64,000 nt of DNA from Camelus ferus (taxonomy: Eukaryota): the NCBI RefSeq assembly GCF_009834535.1, contig NC_045697.1, forward strand, positions 3,970,001-4,034,000. Reading direction: 5' to 3'. Below, piece after piece: positions 1 through 14,545 of the stretch. Both the position numbers and the translations under genes were made by a program. Position 1 is the first letter of the stretch; every line of letters starts with the position of its first letter. Under the pieces are notes generated by a model that was not told where the DNA came from, did no database searches, and saw only the letters and a list, made by a program, of their open reading frames with translations.

Positions 1-3000
1 CAGAATCAGCTTTTGCATGAATTTTAGCAGAGGACCATCAAAAATGACTTTTTAAAAAGTATTAATAATTATTTTTAGTAAAAGCGGCAAGTCAGAAAGA
101 TACTTTTCACCAAAGATTTAAGACTCAGTTTCTTGCATTTTCCCTAGAACTACCTACTAAATTTTACATACATTAAATATAAAGAAAATGTTTATTAAAC
201 CCACCACAGGACCAAGTTACTAGATTAATGTATCATTAACATATATCCTGCTACTTTCTAAAATCTTCTCTATCACACTATCTTTTCTGAATTATGAAAA
301 TCAGATAAACTGAAGCAAAAATTTTCTATAATTTTTACTCGCTGAAAATTTCCAACTGACTTGCAAAATTAAAACCCTTTCCATAAATTCTTTGGTGTGT
401 TTGGATCTCAGGATGCCAGACAGATCAACAATTAAATAATACATTTAATGCTGGGGACATCACTTGAAGCAAGGTGACAAGCTGGTACTCATTCAATGAA
501 GATCCACCAAGACAATGAGGAGACTTGAAGCAACGGCCAAAAGAACTACGTGAGAGTCTAAGGCAGCTGGAGTTCACAGGAGAAAGTACCAGAGAGGAGA
601 GAGCTGCACAGAGAAAGAACACCAGAGGTCTGCAAAGGGTTGCTCTTAAGCATTCAGCAGAGTGTTAATCAGGGCTTGCATGTGAGGAACCAGCCAAGGC
701 ACAGGAAAGGATCACCGTAAAGGAAAGCAGGGAACAGGACCTGAGGCTCAGCATGGCTGGACGGTGCCTGCTTCCCAGCAGCCAGACTGGAAACCCCCCA
801 AACCAGGACACACAAGGCAGAGCACTCAAAAGGTCTGCTCTTAGTGTTGAGGAAGAGCTAGCTCTATACCAAACACTGCTCCTGTTCGCCTGACAAATCT
901 TAAAAGTAAGGCCCTAAAGAATCAAACTGTTTCCAAGCAATTTCACTATGGTCCCAGAACAACGCTCAAGAAATTTATAGGAATACAAAACTATCTACCA
1001 CATAAAATTCCTAATGTTTGGCATTCAATCAAAAATTAGCAGGTATGCAAAGAAGTGAGATATGAAGGGAGTGGAAATGAAAAAAAAATTAATTGAAACC
1101 AATCCAAAATTGACACAAAAGTTAGAATTAGCAGGAAAAGACTTTAAAACAGTTATTATGACTACATTCATGTTTGAAAAGTAGAGAATGAAAGATATAA
1201 AATCAAGTATTTAAAGATGAAAACCACAATGTCTGAGATTAAAAATATAGGATTGTGATTAATGGCAGATTAGACATGTGAGTAGAAAAGACCACTGAAT
1301 CTTAAAACCACAAACACACACACTACATAAAATCAAATAGAAGAATTTTTAAAAATTAACAATGTTTCAGTGATCTGTGTGATAACTTTAAGAAATCTAA
1401 CATGTAACTGAAAGAAAGAAGGGGACAGAAAAAAAAAATCTGAAAGAATAATGCCAAAATTTTTCCAAAATTGATGAAAACTAAAACACAGAGGTCCAAG
1501 AAATTCACTGAATTTAAGCACCAGAAACATGTAGAAATCAACACCTGGACACACCATTAAAAAAAACCCTATTTAAACCAGTGATAAACAGGAAAATCTC
1601 AAAGTCACCAGAGAAAAAAGAAACATTAGGTAAAACAGAATCAAAATAAGGATGACATCAGCTTTCTTGTTGGAAACAATGCAAATGAGAAGATAATGGG
1701 GCCAAAACTTTACTGAAAAAAAAAAAAAAAACAACCACCACCCTGTCAACTGAGAAGTCTATACTCATTAAAAACACATTTCAAAATGAAGGTGAAACAA
1801 ACTTTTTCAGACGTGAGAAAGCTGAAAGAATTCACCACCAGCAAACTTGCCCTAAAGGAAATGTTAAAGGAAGTCCTTTAAGCAGAAGGAAAATGATACC
1901 AGAACAAAGTGAGAATCCTCACAAAGGTACAAAGAGCACCAGAAACAGCAACTGCATTTTTCTTGTTATTTACGTAACTTTAAGGTAATCGAGTATTGAA
2001 ACAAAACAACAGTGTATTCTGAGAGTTGTAACATATATACGGCAACAACAGCATTAAAGACCAGGAGTGAGAAAATGCACCACTACTAGAATGGGTTCTA
2101 ACGTATTACACGAAATGGTATCTCTTGAAGACTACGATAAGATAACTGTTAATACTCATAATAAATTTAAAAGGTCTAAAGAACCAGTTAAAAGGCAGAG
2201 ATGGTCATAATGGATTTTAAAACACTAAGACCCAATTATAAAAAAATATATTAAAAATTCTACATTAAAGGCACAAGGAGGTTAAAAGGATGGAAATAGA
2301 GATACCATGCCAACACCAACAAAAAAAAGCCAGAGTGTCTACATTAATATTTGACACGGTAAGTTTCAGAGCAGAGAGTAACAGATAAAGAAGGTCATTT
2401 CATAATGATAAAGGGGTCAATCCATCAAGAGGACAAAACAGTCCTATATATTGTATACCTAGTAGCAGAGTTCCAAAATACACGAATAAAAACTGATAGA
2501 ACTGCAAGGCGAAGAAGACAACTTCACAATTTTACTAGGAGATGTTAATACCCCTTTCTCAACCACTGAAAGAAGCAGAAGTCAGAAAATCAGGAAAGCC
2601 TTCCATAGAAGATTCAAGCAACATTATCAACCAACTTGACCTAAAATAGACTATATTCTGGGTCACAGAAAAAGTTGCAACAAATTTTAAAGGATTCAAG
2701 TTGTATAAAGTATATTCTCTCACCACCTGGAATTAAATCATAAATTAGTAACAGAAAGATGTCTGGAAAATCTCCCAAATATTTGAGAAATAAAAAACGT
2801 ATTTCTACATAACAAATATGGCAAACACGGAATCAAAGGAGAAATTAGAAAGTATTTTGAATTGAATGAAAATAAAAATACAACATATCAATATTTTTAG
2901 GTTGCCACTAAAGCAGTATTTAGGGGAAAATTTACAGCACAAAGAGCCTATATTAGAAAAGGTCTCAAATCAATGACCTGAGTTTTCATCTTAATAAACT

Positions 3001-3064
3001 AGAAAAGGAAGAGCAAATGAAACCTAAGCTAAGCAAAAAAAAGGGAAATAAAAGATCAGAGCAG

Positions 3065-3193
3065 GAGGGAGGGTATAGCTCAGTGGTAGAGCACATGCTT
3101 TGCAGGCATGAGGTCATGGGTTCGATCCCCAGTACCTCTGTTAAACAAAAAGGAAATAAATAAGTAAATCTAGTTATCCCCCGCCCCACACAC
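3065..3193 (+). mobile_element. tRNA-derived SINE (camelid vic-1-like)
   Basis: Head gggagggtatagctcagtggtagagc with B box ggttcgatccc and an A-rich tail. TSD aaaagatcag(a/g)gcag at 3050-3064 and 3194-3208. Confidence 0.9.
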
Positions 3194-3785
3194 AAAAGAT
3201 CAGGGCAGAAATCAATGAAATAGAAAATGAAAAAACAATGAAACCAAAAGCTGGTTCTTTTACACAACAGAATGGACAAACCTTGAGCCAGACTGTTCAG
3301 GAAAGAGAGAAGACAAATTACCAACATCAAGAATGAGAGGTGAGATCACTACAGATTCTACACATACAAAAAAGATAATAAGGGGATACAGGAAAAATTT
3401 TACACCAATAAAATATACTTGAATGAAATGGACGAGTTCCTTGTAAACATAAATTACCAAAGTTCACTCAAGAAGAAATAGAATGAATAGCCCTGTATCT
3501 ATGAAAGGAACTGGGTTTAGTTTAAAACTTCCCTACAAAGAAATCTCCAGGCCCCACTGGCTTCAAAGGTGAATTCTACTGGATATTTTTAAAAAGTAGA
3601 ATGCCAGTTCTGTACAAACTCTTCCCAAAAACTGAAGAGGAAATATTTCCCAAATCATGTTAGAGGTCAATGTTATGACATCAAAACCAGACTAAGATAT
3701 TACACGAAAAGAAAACTACAGATCAATATGCCTCATGAATATAGATGAAATGCAAAAAGTCTGAACAAAATTTTAGGGAATTGAA

Positions 3786-3939
3786 GGAGGAGGTATAGCT
3801 CAAGCACTAGAGCACATGCTTAGCATGCATGAGGTCCTGGGTTCAATTTCCAGCGACTCCTCTAAAAATAAGTAAATAAATACACCTAGTTACCTCCCCG
3901 CCTCCCTCCGCAAATGAAATAAAATAAAATACATTTTAA
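3786..3939 (+). mobile_element. tRNA-derived SINE (camelid vic-1-like)
   Basis: Same head and tail as the 3065 copy. TSD aaaatt(t/c)tagg(g/c)aattgaa at 3767-3785 and 3940-3958. Confidence 0.9.
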
Positions 3940-6900
3940 AAAATTCTAGGCAATTGAATCCAACAATATACACCAGATCCAGAGAGTACGGAGGTATCAG
4001 AAGAATGTCGTTAATAAAATTTATATAATCATCTTTGCCAGAGAACTTCTAAAATACTCGTTTCACCGTGAACAACTTAGTATAAGGCTTTTTTCAATTA
4101 TTTAAATGCATGAAGGCCTTAAAAATTCACACCATGACCAAACTGGTTCACTGTAAAGACTGATAAATACTGTTGAAGATTTTTATCATGTTTATTTTAA
4201 ACATGGTATCAATCCAACCACAGGATTCTCTCAGTTGTCATTAAGAGATTTAGCCAAGTGAAAGGGTTCAAGAAGTAGGTGAGAAAAAAAATAGGCAGAT
4301 AGGCAGACAAATGAAAAATAAAGCAAAACATCGAACCCCCATGATCTCATCAAAGTCAGTTAAAACCGTCCCTTGCATCATTACCCCAATGGAATGCTTG
4401 CTGTAACTTGTTCAATAGCTGGAAAAAAAAAAAAAAAGCTGATTCCAAATGATTTTTAAATTGGCCATATCCCTAGAGCTATTAGTGATTAAAATTAGTT
4501 TTTACTCTCTATATAGTACAGACTCAGAGGACTGAGGAAAAGGCAGAAAAGCCTGGTATGTCTGGTAGCTTCAGACTACTCTGCAGTCATCTGGGCAGCC
4601 AGCACCTGTCAGTGGACACTAATAACGTGGGTCTGAGATAGGAGCACCCCACGCTGGCTTCCTCTTGTATCATGAAGACGGGTCTAAACACTCTTGGAGC
4701 TCAAGAGTGTCCATCCTCCTTATGTGAACTTAAACTGTTAGCAGAAGACCCGGGTATAAAGTTCTGGGTCATAACTAAGCTTCCCCTCCCTAAGCTGCAA
4801 GCTCTGGTAGAGGGGCGAACATTTGACCAAATTAGACACTCTTTATTTCTAGTTCTGAACTGAAAATTATGTTTAATTTAAACTTATTTCAGGTGGCCAA
4901 AACAATTCAGGGATCTGACAAGCACGTGCAAAACCCATTTAACATCCATTTGGCAAGTTTAAGAACAGAGCTGGAAAACTCTTGTCTATTCGCCTTTATA
5001 TACATTCCAAATGTGAAGTTTAGTCAGTATGAAGTTAAACTGCATTTTAGTTTAAATTCTCTAAAAGAGTTTTAAAGAAAAAGCACCACCGTATATACAC
5101 GGTATATTCTTTGCTTTGCATCATTTTTTCAATCCTCCCTTCTCCAAAGGATTACGCTGAGAAAAAAGGACCTTCAAATCACCTTGAGCATCCTTCTCCC
5201 ATGCAAAATTAACCCAAATTATCCTAAAGATTGGGTTGTATTAATGATAATTTAAAAGGTCCAACAATAATACACTTATTTTAAAATTTCTTTTGTATTT
5301 TTTACTTTAAATTTTAAATGGTTTCTATTAAAGATACCAAAAAACACATATAGCTAATTAAATGCCCATGGATGCGTGCGCCTTCTTTAATTCACAAAGG
5401 AGGATGCAGAGTAGACAGTGCGCCAGCCTAGTGGCCCATAGCATGCAGGCTTCCGTAGTCTGTCCACCGCGGAGTTTTGTGCCCATAACTTCTTGGAGTC
5501 TTTGTTTTCGCATCTGTAAAGCAGAATAAATACTTGCTCTCCCTACTTCTCAACTTCTCACAATGCTGTTGCAGCGAGCAAATGAGGAATGCATCTATGT
5601 ATCGGTGGCCTCTGCATTTCACAAAATGTCATACAAATGGAAAGCAGCATTGTGACAAACTACCCCCCTTAAACGGTTTCTATTTGCTTACTCTTACAGC
5701 GTCCCTCAGTAATATGAGTACCTGAAGAAGTTATGTAAAATACACTTTCAGAACAAAAAGTAACTTCCTCACTATCCTTAAAAAAAACAAACAAACAAAA
5801 AAAACAGTTAACTATAAAATCACCTTCATTTGTAATAATCTAGTTCCAGTCACACCAAAGCCTTTCCCCTTATTCAGTAGCAGTTTGGTCTCTACTAGAT
5901 TCACGTATGGCACTGCCAAAGCCCCAAGTGGTGACACGCAGGGGACGAGCCTGGAAACACCACGGACTCCTCTGCTGTTGTTCATGTTCTGGAAGTGCAC
6001 ATCTGCAGCTCGGTCTGCACAGTGAAGCCACACTATCCCCAAACTGTACAGACCCAGGAGCTGAGCACACGCTGGCTTCCTTCTGAGGCCTAGTGTACAA
6101 TTTCTAGACGTTTGAAGGACTCTATGATTAAAAATAGCCCTGGTGGTGAATGAAAATCATCTCCCAAAGACTGGAGCAACTCTGTGCAGGCTTGGGGATC
6201 AACGGAAGCCTCAGGTCTAATATTAATCAGAGCCTGGAAATGAACGTGGTGGAGTGAGCAAAATGTCGGTCGAGCCCTGCTCACTCCCACGACACCCCGG
6301 CAGAAGCCCCGTGCCACCCCCCCCCCCCACCCGCCATCTCCAGGGGTCAGGACCCTGGGGCCTGTGACACTTTCAGTCAGACCTGGGACTAGAATAACCA
6401 ACTGAATTTTAAAAACAAAAGCATTTAATTCTTTAGTCTACATGTGTTTAGAGTGATATAATTAGTCCCAAATGATTTGTCCATTAAGGAGAAAAGAAAA
6501 CAGATCTAGGTAGTTAAGTAGTTACATAAGTACTTTTCCAACAAATAGCCAGACAAAACATGGTAATCCCACAATCTTTAAATGAGTGATTTAATAACGG
6601 AAGGGGTTTTTTTGGAGGGGGGTCAAGGGGGAAACTGAGGAGTAGTTTTGAAGAAGTTCACTGATCTTCCAAAATCTCATCCCTTATGTAACAATGTTCT
6701 AAGAAATGTGGCATCTTTTTTATTCCCGTTTGTAACACCACATACATTACTGAAAATAGTTCAGATTACAGCTCTCATTAGTGTTCTTAGCCATTCAGGG
6801 TGTAAAAGGAGTGTCTCCCACAAGCTGGAAGAGACACACCCTGTATAGTTAAGTGTCTTCAGTGCTCACGCAGAGCAGATACATGGCAGACTGATTAAGG

Positions 6901-7513
6901 CACTTCCCTTCCTTTTTTCTAATACATTGTACGTAGTTTTAGGTTTGCTCAAAACTCATAAAAATTACTTCAAAAAGCATAATCTGATACTATGTTTGCG
7001 GAATGTTTTCTCAATGTACTTGTGTTACAGCACAACTGATCATAAAGAGCACCTGATAGTAAATAAATCTATCCAGCCAGTTATAATCTGGCTTCTCTGA
7101 GCAAAACATAAAACGTGGATCTTGTCGAGAAATACCTGGACAGCTCTGTTCAAGCAACACATTCACTTGTTGAAGCGTTCTTTCAGGCTCAGAGCACTTT
7201 TTTCCTGCTCAAATTTATCATATATACTTTTAATATATTACTTTTATTATATATAAAAATTATTCATATTATATAAAAGTATATTATATATACTTATATC
7301 ATTACAGTATTTTTAATATGAAAATAGAAGGGCACCAACACAATTTCTCTACCCTATTCACTGTTAGTATGTTGGTGGGATTATCGGTGTTTTTTTCCTT
7401 TGCATAGAACTTAACATTTTTTATTATTTCAATATGTTAAATAATAATATATACTTTTGTATCCTGCATTTTTCACCTAACATGTCATCCTAGTGCTGAT
7501 CTAGGGTCTTATT

Positions 7514-7696
7514 ACACTGTCCAACATGATAGACACTTGTCACATGTGGCTACTTAAATTTAAATTAAAAATCAGTTCCTCAGCCACACTAGCCACATTT
7601 CAAGTGCTCAACAGCCACATGTATCTTGTGGCTGCTGGGCAAATACAACAAATAGGTCATCTCCATCATCACAGAAGTTCTACTGGACAATGCTGG
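7514..7696 (-). mobile_element. MER3-like hAT-Charlie non-autonomous DNA transposon
   Basis: Diagnostic cactagccacatttcaagtgctcaacagccacatgt core, with ctgtccaa/ctggacaatgctg ends. Confidence 0.85.
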
Positions 7697-10091
7697 CTTT
7701 CTCTCCAACAAGTGACCATGTTGGGCTAAACAAAGAATCATTAGCTCTTCTCAACAGAGTTCATACACCCTTACTATGTGCCTGCAGACTGTACAGGACA
7801 CTCTTCCATACACCCAAAAAATGGGGTGCTAATCACAGCTACTATTTTCCCCAGGACCCTAAATTAATACCTTCCAGGCAAACCAGAGCATGTACTCCTG
7901 TAACGAGGTAGCTGCACACATACACGTAATCCTTGCCTGTTATTTTATGATCTCAGTGCATCAATTTGGAACACAAAGTGTTACTTATTCCCTTCAGTAG
8001 GTGGCCTGGCTAAAGAGGCAATTTACAGCCACAAGAGAAAATCCACAGATAATCTATAACCTAAATGAGAATTCTATCACTAAAGATAGGATCCAGGGCT
8101 AAAAGCTGATCATGCATATCTGTTTAGCCGGCATAACCAGAAAACTACATAGAAATGGACAATCAGACCCAGTCTCCTTCCCATCTAGAAGTGTGTCAAG
8201 TCCTCGGATATGATTAAGGCTCTGTTTTAAAATAATATAATCAGTAAATCAAGTGTGGGACATGAGTTCCTTCTATGCAAACTGGAAGAACTGCATAATT
8301 AATTAAGAAATTCCATTTTTATTGCCAGGTTATCAGAGTAAATTCTTCAGTGACAAATAAAATGAGTTCTTTTCATGAGTGTAGGATTGTTCTTACAGAT
8401 AAGACTACTACCTGATAGTTAACAGGAGCTAGCAAATGCCTTCATAAATTGCAGGCATATAACAGGCCTGGGTTAATCTATACGTTTAAAAGATAAGGAA
8501 GAAAAACAGAACCAACTACATGATGATAAAGTACAGGTGAAAGCACCTAGTTCTCCAGAAAATCAGAAGTACTAAACAGACTTCCATGAAAGCAAACAAA
8601 TGAGACCTAGATCAAGTGTGTAGTGAGACTGAATAAAAGGAAAGAGCTTTCTGTCCAACCTGGATGAATTCTCCTCTACTGACTGTGCTACTGTCCAATG
8701 CTTACAGAAATCAAAGTTCGGGTCAGCTTCTGTGTTCTTAAACTTTCACCAGTTACTAAGGAGATGAACGGCTTATGTAAAGTAACACTGCTTTACTTCT
8801 AACTCGTACTTGACTGGAAGTTATCTGATGATTCATACTCATCTGTTAATGCTTTCTGGTTTGAAAAGCCAAACTGCTTTTCACAGATCAAAATTTCTTT
8901 GCAGGTTAACACAGTACAGTAACCAATGACGTGTTTAGTTCATCAAGATCTATTACATGTCAGAATTCTTTAGCAGGACTATAAAATGGTAGTTTTCATG
9001 CCTTCAAAATAGTCCTTCTGGAGATTTAGAAAAGTGCCCTTTTTTCCCTAGAAGGGGCAAATTTCATGCCACAATTTACAGGATCAAAAAAAAAAAAAAA
9101 TGCATGAAGCCATTTGGGTTAAAGGGCAGGGGGAAATGTACACACTTACATCTGAAATAAAGAATTAGTGCTCTGGAAAAAGATTAAAAAGCAGCTACCA
9201 AATAAAATCCAAAAATCAAAACAAAGTTCATTATCATGAAATTCTAAAAAGCATTTAGAAAAACTGTTGGAAATGTGATAGCACAACTAAATTTTAGAGA
9301 CCTAAAAACTTCAATTAGGAGAAACAAACTGATCTTCACTCTAAGAAATGCAAATTTTCACAAACCCAAAGCAACCCAAAGCAAGTTTATTTGGAAACAA
9401 AAAATTCAAACAAGTAGATTTTTATGATTTGTGAAAATGCACAAAGTTCTAACATGATGAAACCCACGCTGTCAAGGATGAGACATTTTATTAAGTAAAA
9501 TACTAGACCATTGTGTATTTTTCAAAGTGATGCTTTTGCCTGTCAAAACGTCTGTGCGTGAGAATTCTATAGCTTTCAACTACTCATCTCAAAACTACAA
9601 AGTGACTATCTTCTGAGTTTCAATAAGCAGGGGGAAAAATGGCCTGAAATTCTACAACTCACTGGTAAGACAGTGGGTCAATTTTTTTAGTTACTATTAA
9701 AACCCATCAGCTAAGTAATGCACATTACAGTTCTCCAAAATGAACCTGGGTAATAAGCAATACTTGGTAATGTTTTAATATTTATCAGTAAGATATCTGA
9801 TTTGGTATAAAAACGTTATACAGATTATCAGACTCATATTCTACTTACTAGTTAGAATTTTTTAAAAATCAGGATAAAATTCTCTATTTGATTCTGCAAA
9901 AACATATACATTTGAGAACTCAGAATAGGTTCCAAGTACGTATTTTCATTTTGCATCCATTTTATATGCTTCAAAGATTAAATCAAGTTTTTAGATGTGA
10001 CTTTTAAGATAACCATTGTTATAGTTAGTTACAGCACCTAGGAAGCTATTTAAATGAACAGTAATGTCATCATTTAAAAGATAACCTGCTA

Positions 10092-10335
10092 CAGTTTCCC
10101 CAAGGTGTATTCTGGGTGATATAAAAATTTATTGTTTTTGTTATAGAACTTGTTCCTTTTGCACAAATTAGGGAAATAGCAGAACTGAAACAAAAGTAGG
10201 TTTGTTTATTTTAGGACAGCCTGAAACGTTTTATTATGATACTGTGCATCTGGAACCTCTAGGAAGCAAACAAAGAAGATAGCATTTTCCATACTTGTTA
10301 AGGATCCCTTTTGTATTCCTCAGAACACACTTTGG
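10092..10335. mobile_element. MER103-like hAT-Charlie fossil
   Basis: Decayed inverted ends cagtttccccaaggtgtattc and gaacacactttggtaaat; internal sequence resembles MER103C. Confidence 0.6.
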
Positions 10336-12340
10336 TAAATATAACCTTCTAACCAGAAAGAATTAACATTTTTCCCTAAGGCCCAAGTTATAAGCAAGAC
10401 ATAGATTAGCTAGGATCCTTAAGTTCTGAATTTCCCAAGATTAAAAAGTTAAACTGAAGATATAATTTGCAAACAAGATCATTAAGCGTACCCTCTCTTT
10501 TTCTTTTAAATAACCTGCATAAACTGTACAGTTCTATATAGTAAGTCAATCACTATTCCTTTTCTATGGTTATCAGAAGCTTCCAGAATCTCCCTTCTCC
10601 CCTGGGTGGGCCACGTTCCTCATTTATTATCTTTGATTACATACACCCGGAAGCTCTTGGCTGATGTATGCATTCTCTGCAACACTGCAAGGGCAGGGTC
10701 CACTGTGACGTCCCTCCCTGGTGCACACCATGTGCAGCAGCAGGGCAGGCACCTGAGCACCAAGGAGCCACTGAGATAGCCTTGCATTTGCTCCTGCTTC
10801 ACACAGCAACCAAGCTATTTTTCAGTGGATCAACAGACAGACATCTGACAATACAATGTGAACAGCAGAGCTGCCACTAACAGTGACCCCAGGGGCTGGT
10901 GGAGGGGCAAGCTACATGATTAGTACTTACATTTAACAAACTTCTGCTGGATGTCAAGTATAGTTACTAAAAAAGATTTAGAAATGTTGCCAAATGTAAG
11001 TGTACTCTGAGGCATTCCTGAATCTGGGAAACATGCTGAGAAGCCCTACTACACTAGGAGCCCAAGTGACTACTGACCTATGGCATGCTCCCTAGTTCAA
11101 TGAAATAGGCTTCCTCCTCAAAACGCAAAACATAAGTACTTTAAAGACAGGTTAACCATATTCTTGAAAAATATATTTAAAATAGTATATTCAGCAAAGT
11201 ATGATACTCAACAAAGGTGATACATTTCGGATTAGAACTTTACACTAATTAAAACCCCTCCCCTCAAAAAACAGACTGAAATGACTATCTGTAGAGTCCA
11301 CTACAGGTCAAAATTCTTTAAAACTTCACAAATATGTTCAAATCATAAATATTACATTAAGGTAAATGTAAAGGAACAAATAAAGGTAGCAGAAATATAC
11401 ACAGCATGGTTTAGAAAAGCATACAAATAAAGATAGAAGAAAAATTTAACTATACAAACACTAAACATAAAAGTTAACTTTCAAGTTACTCATGTCAAAC
11501 ATAAAATTAATTACTCTTTTCTTATAGATTTTGCTCAAGTCTTCTATCATGTGAAATACTTGATTTGGGGGTTAGTAAAGAATATTCTACTCAAATGAAT
11601 ATGAAATTACACAATTCTAGAACAAAAGAGATTACCATCCCTTGAAACAGTTAATACATTAATCTTATCCAAATGCATTTTCCAGGTGTTACCTAACTAC
11701 CAGAAATTAGAACTACTGTAGTGATTTCTGCCTAGAGTTGTGTTATAGACCCTTTGAACATTTATGTTTCAACTACTGAATGACCGTGTTAAAGATCTAT
11801 GTAATTTACGCAAGTGTCAAATACCTACAAATCAATTCTCCTACTTGGACCTCTCAGTCTGATATTTCCAACTACCCAGAGGATATTTCCACTTGAACTT
11901 AAGCTAGCTGGGCCTCAGTCTGTACAAGAGCTGCACATATACACACTCATATTTGACTATTATCCTTCCTTCAGTGTTCTCATTCTTTCCTTCCCTGAGA
12001 TAATGTCAGAACAATTAATTTCATTCTTCTGGGCTCCCTACATCACCAACCTACTGCACCTGGCTCTATACCTGAATCATCACTGTGTATTCTATTATGT
12101 TGCAGCAAAATTTCCTTTGTGCCTTTTTGTCCTTGGGGGAGGGGTAAGATGAAGCACAGTGGAGCCAACACTGCCCAGGCCACCTAGAAGGCTAATTAGT
12201 GCTCTACCATGACCGTTGCTGGGAAAGAGGCAGGAATCTTGCAAGTCTGAGAAAGAGTTAACTGAAATATAAGGATACCGCCCCAAAGATCTGTGATCTT
12301 TACAACAGGAGCAATTGGGGGTTGGGCTGAGACAGTCACC

Positions 12341-12785
12341 TGAGGGTGAATTTTATGTGTCAACTTGACTGGGCCATGAGCGCCCAGATATTTGGTTAAA
12401 TGTGATTCTGGGTGTGTCCGTGTGGGTGTTTCTCAATGAGATTAGCCTTTGAATCAGTGGACAGAGCAGAGCAGACTGCACTCCCCAGCATGGGTGAGCC
12501 TCACCCAGTCCACTGAAGGCCTGAATAGAATAAAAGCCTGAGTAAGAAAGAATTCTTTCTCTCGGCCTTGTCTTCCAACTGGGACATGGGTCTTCTCCCG
12601 CCTTCAGACTTGCACTGGAACTTCACCATCAGCTCTCCTGGATCTCAGACTGAAACTATACCCTCAGCATCCCTGGTTCTGGACTTTCCAGCCTCCATAA
12701 GCACATGACCCAATTCCTTACCCCACCACCCTCACCCCAGCCCCAGCCCGTCGGTTCTGTTTCTCTGGAAAAGCCTGCCACAACC
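12341..12785 (+). mobile_element. MLT2 (ERVL) solo LTR
   Basis: Starts ...aattttatgtgtcaacttgactgggcca...cccagatatttggttaaa and ends ggttctgtttctctggaaaagcctg, as typical of MLT2. Confidence 0.85.
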
Positions 12786-13894
12786 ACTTCAGGCAAGCAG
12801 CCCTGTCTCCTTCAACTGTTTTCTAGAATGCAGCCTGCTAGTGAGATTAGCGTTTGCCTTTATTACAGGTAAAACATCTGTGTGTAGCACTTTTCAGTCA
12901 TAAAACATAAAAACACAGGAAGTACCACACAACCGAGAACTAACACTTTATATTTATTCGTCCACTCCTCCCCGTCCCATGCCACTGCCTCACCAGCCAG
13001 CGGTGGCCACTAACCTGAACTGCGTCATTTGATTTTTTTAAAATAAAACTTGTCACAAATGTACATATGCTTAAATGATAAGCATGTTGTTCAGCTGTAC
13101 TTCTTGAGCTCTATAAAATGCTATTACGATGTATATAATCTTCTGGGACTTTCTTTTACTCAGCCATTATGTTTACTCAGCAGTACGTTTCCAAAATTCA
13201 CTAGTGCTGTATGCAGTTTATTCACCTTTACTCATTTTATAATACTCCATTATATAAATGCCATTTTATTCAATCTCCTGTCAATGAACATCTAAACTGT
13301 TTCCAATATTCTGCCGCTATAAACACAGCAGCTACGAACAGTCTTGTATTTGGCTCTCAGTACACATCTCTCCTGAGTACGCAACCAGAAATGAGACTGG
13401 CAAGTTACAGGATACCCAATGGTGAACTGTGGGAAATAATTTTACATTATCTTACAAAGTGGTCATACCAGTATCACACTCCAATCAGCAACGCACGTAA
13501 GTTACTGTTTAATCCACATATGAACACACAGTACTCAGAGACATGAATTTTTGTCAATGTGGTGAATGTTAAAAAAACCTTATTAGATTTAATTTGCATT
13601 TCTCTTACCATTGATGATGAGCACCTTTTCACAGATTTATTGGCTGTTTCCTCTTCTCTGAACTACTTGTGCGCAGTTTTTACTCATTTTTCTGTTAGAC
13701 TGTTCCTTTTTTATGAACTTCTAGACATTCCTCACACATGGACCTTAATCCCGTGTCAGTTATATATACAGTAACTTTTTTTCCCAGTGTGTGGCCCATC
13801 ATTTTATTTCATGCTATCTTTTGATAAAAATGTTTAACTTTAATATGCTGAGTTTATTCATCTTTTCTTTAATTGCTGGCACTTTGTGTCTCAA

Positions 13895-14050
13895 GACTTT
13901 GCTCATCAAAATGCGGGGCATGGGCCAGCAGCTTTAGCATCTCCCAGGAATTGGTTAGAAGTGTAGACTCTCAGGCCCCCTGAATCAGAATCCACATTTT
14001 ACCAAGTTCCCCAGATGACAAATATACTTCAAAGTTTGAGAACATTCTCT
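13895..14050. mobile_element. MER5-like hAT-Charlie element
   Basis: cagcagctttagcatctcccaggaattggttagaagtgtagactctcaggcccc...tgaatcagaatc...aaagtttgagaa. Confidence 0.8.
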
Positions 14051-14130
14051 TCAGATATCGTTCCTTACCTAAAGGTCAGAAAGATACCTGTATTTTCTTC
14101 TAAAAGGTTTCAAGTTTCTCTTCTCACACC

Positions 14131-14545
14131 TGTGGCAGGCTCAATCTGTTTCCAACTATCCTTTTCCTCCCCTTACCATCCTCTTACTCAGCCATTCCCT
14201 GTTGTCGTCATGGGATGGACATCCCCGCAGGACCAGTACATGCCCCTGCACCATTCCCCATGATTGGTTTGGCCAAGAGACTGCAGTGGATGTGACAAAC
14301 AGAAGCTTCAAAAGTGACCACGTGATTCAGCCTGGCCTCTTCTGGTAACACAGGAACAGCATGTCCCAAGTGGGGAAGCCTCTTCAGCACAGGTCCCAGA
14401 GCGAGATGACACCTAGAACAGAGCCACAGCAGTGGATCGGCAGCAGCCAGTGTGCGATCTGAGCCAGGAAAAATGCCTGGCATTTAAGCCACTGAGATTT
14501 GGGGTTTAGGTCATCAAAGCACAATTTCATAGAATCCAATAAAAT
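14131..14545 (+). mobile_element. Old MLT1 (ERVL-MaLR) LTR
   Basis: tgtggcag start and tttaagccactgagatttgggg 3' signature. Confidence 0.6.

Larger units (their letters stand above)
430..3972 (+). mobile_element. Old L1 (L1M-type) 5' UTR/ORF1/ORF2-endonuclease remnant, degenerate and 3'-truncated
   Basis: A-rich with recognisable decayed ORF2 segments (cataatgataaaggggtcaatccatcaagaggac; atagactatattctgggtcac; aaaactacagatcaatatgcctcatgaatatagatg). Many stops and frameshifts; antisense to the host gene. Confidence 0.9.
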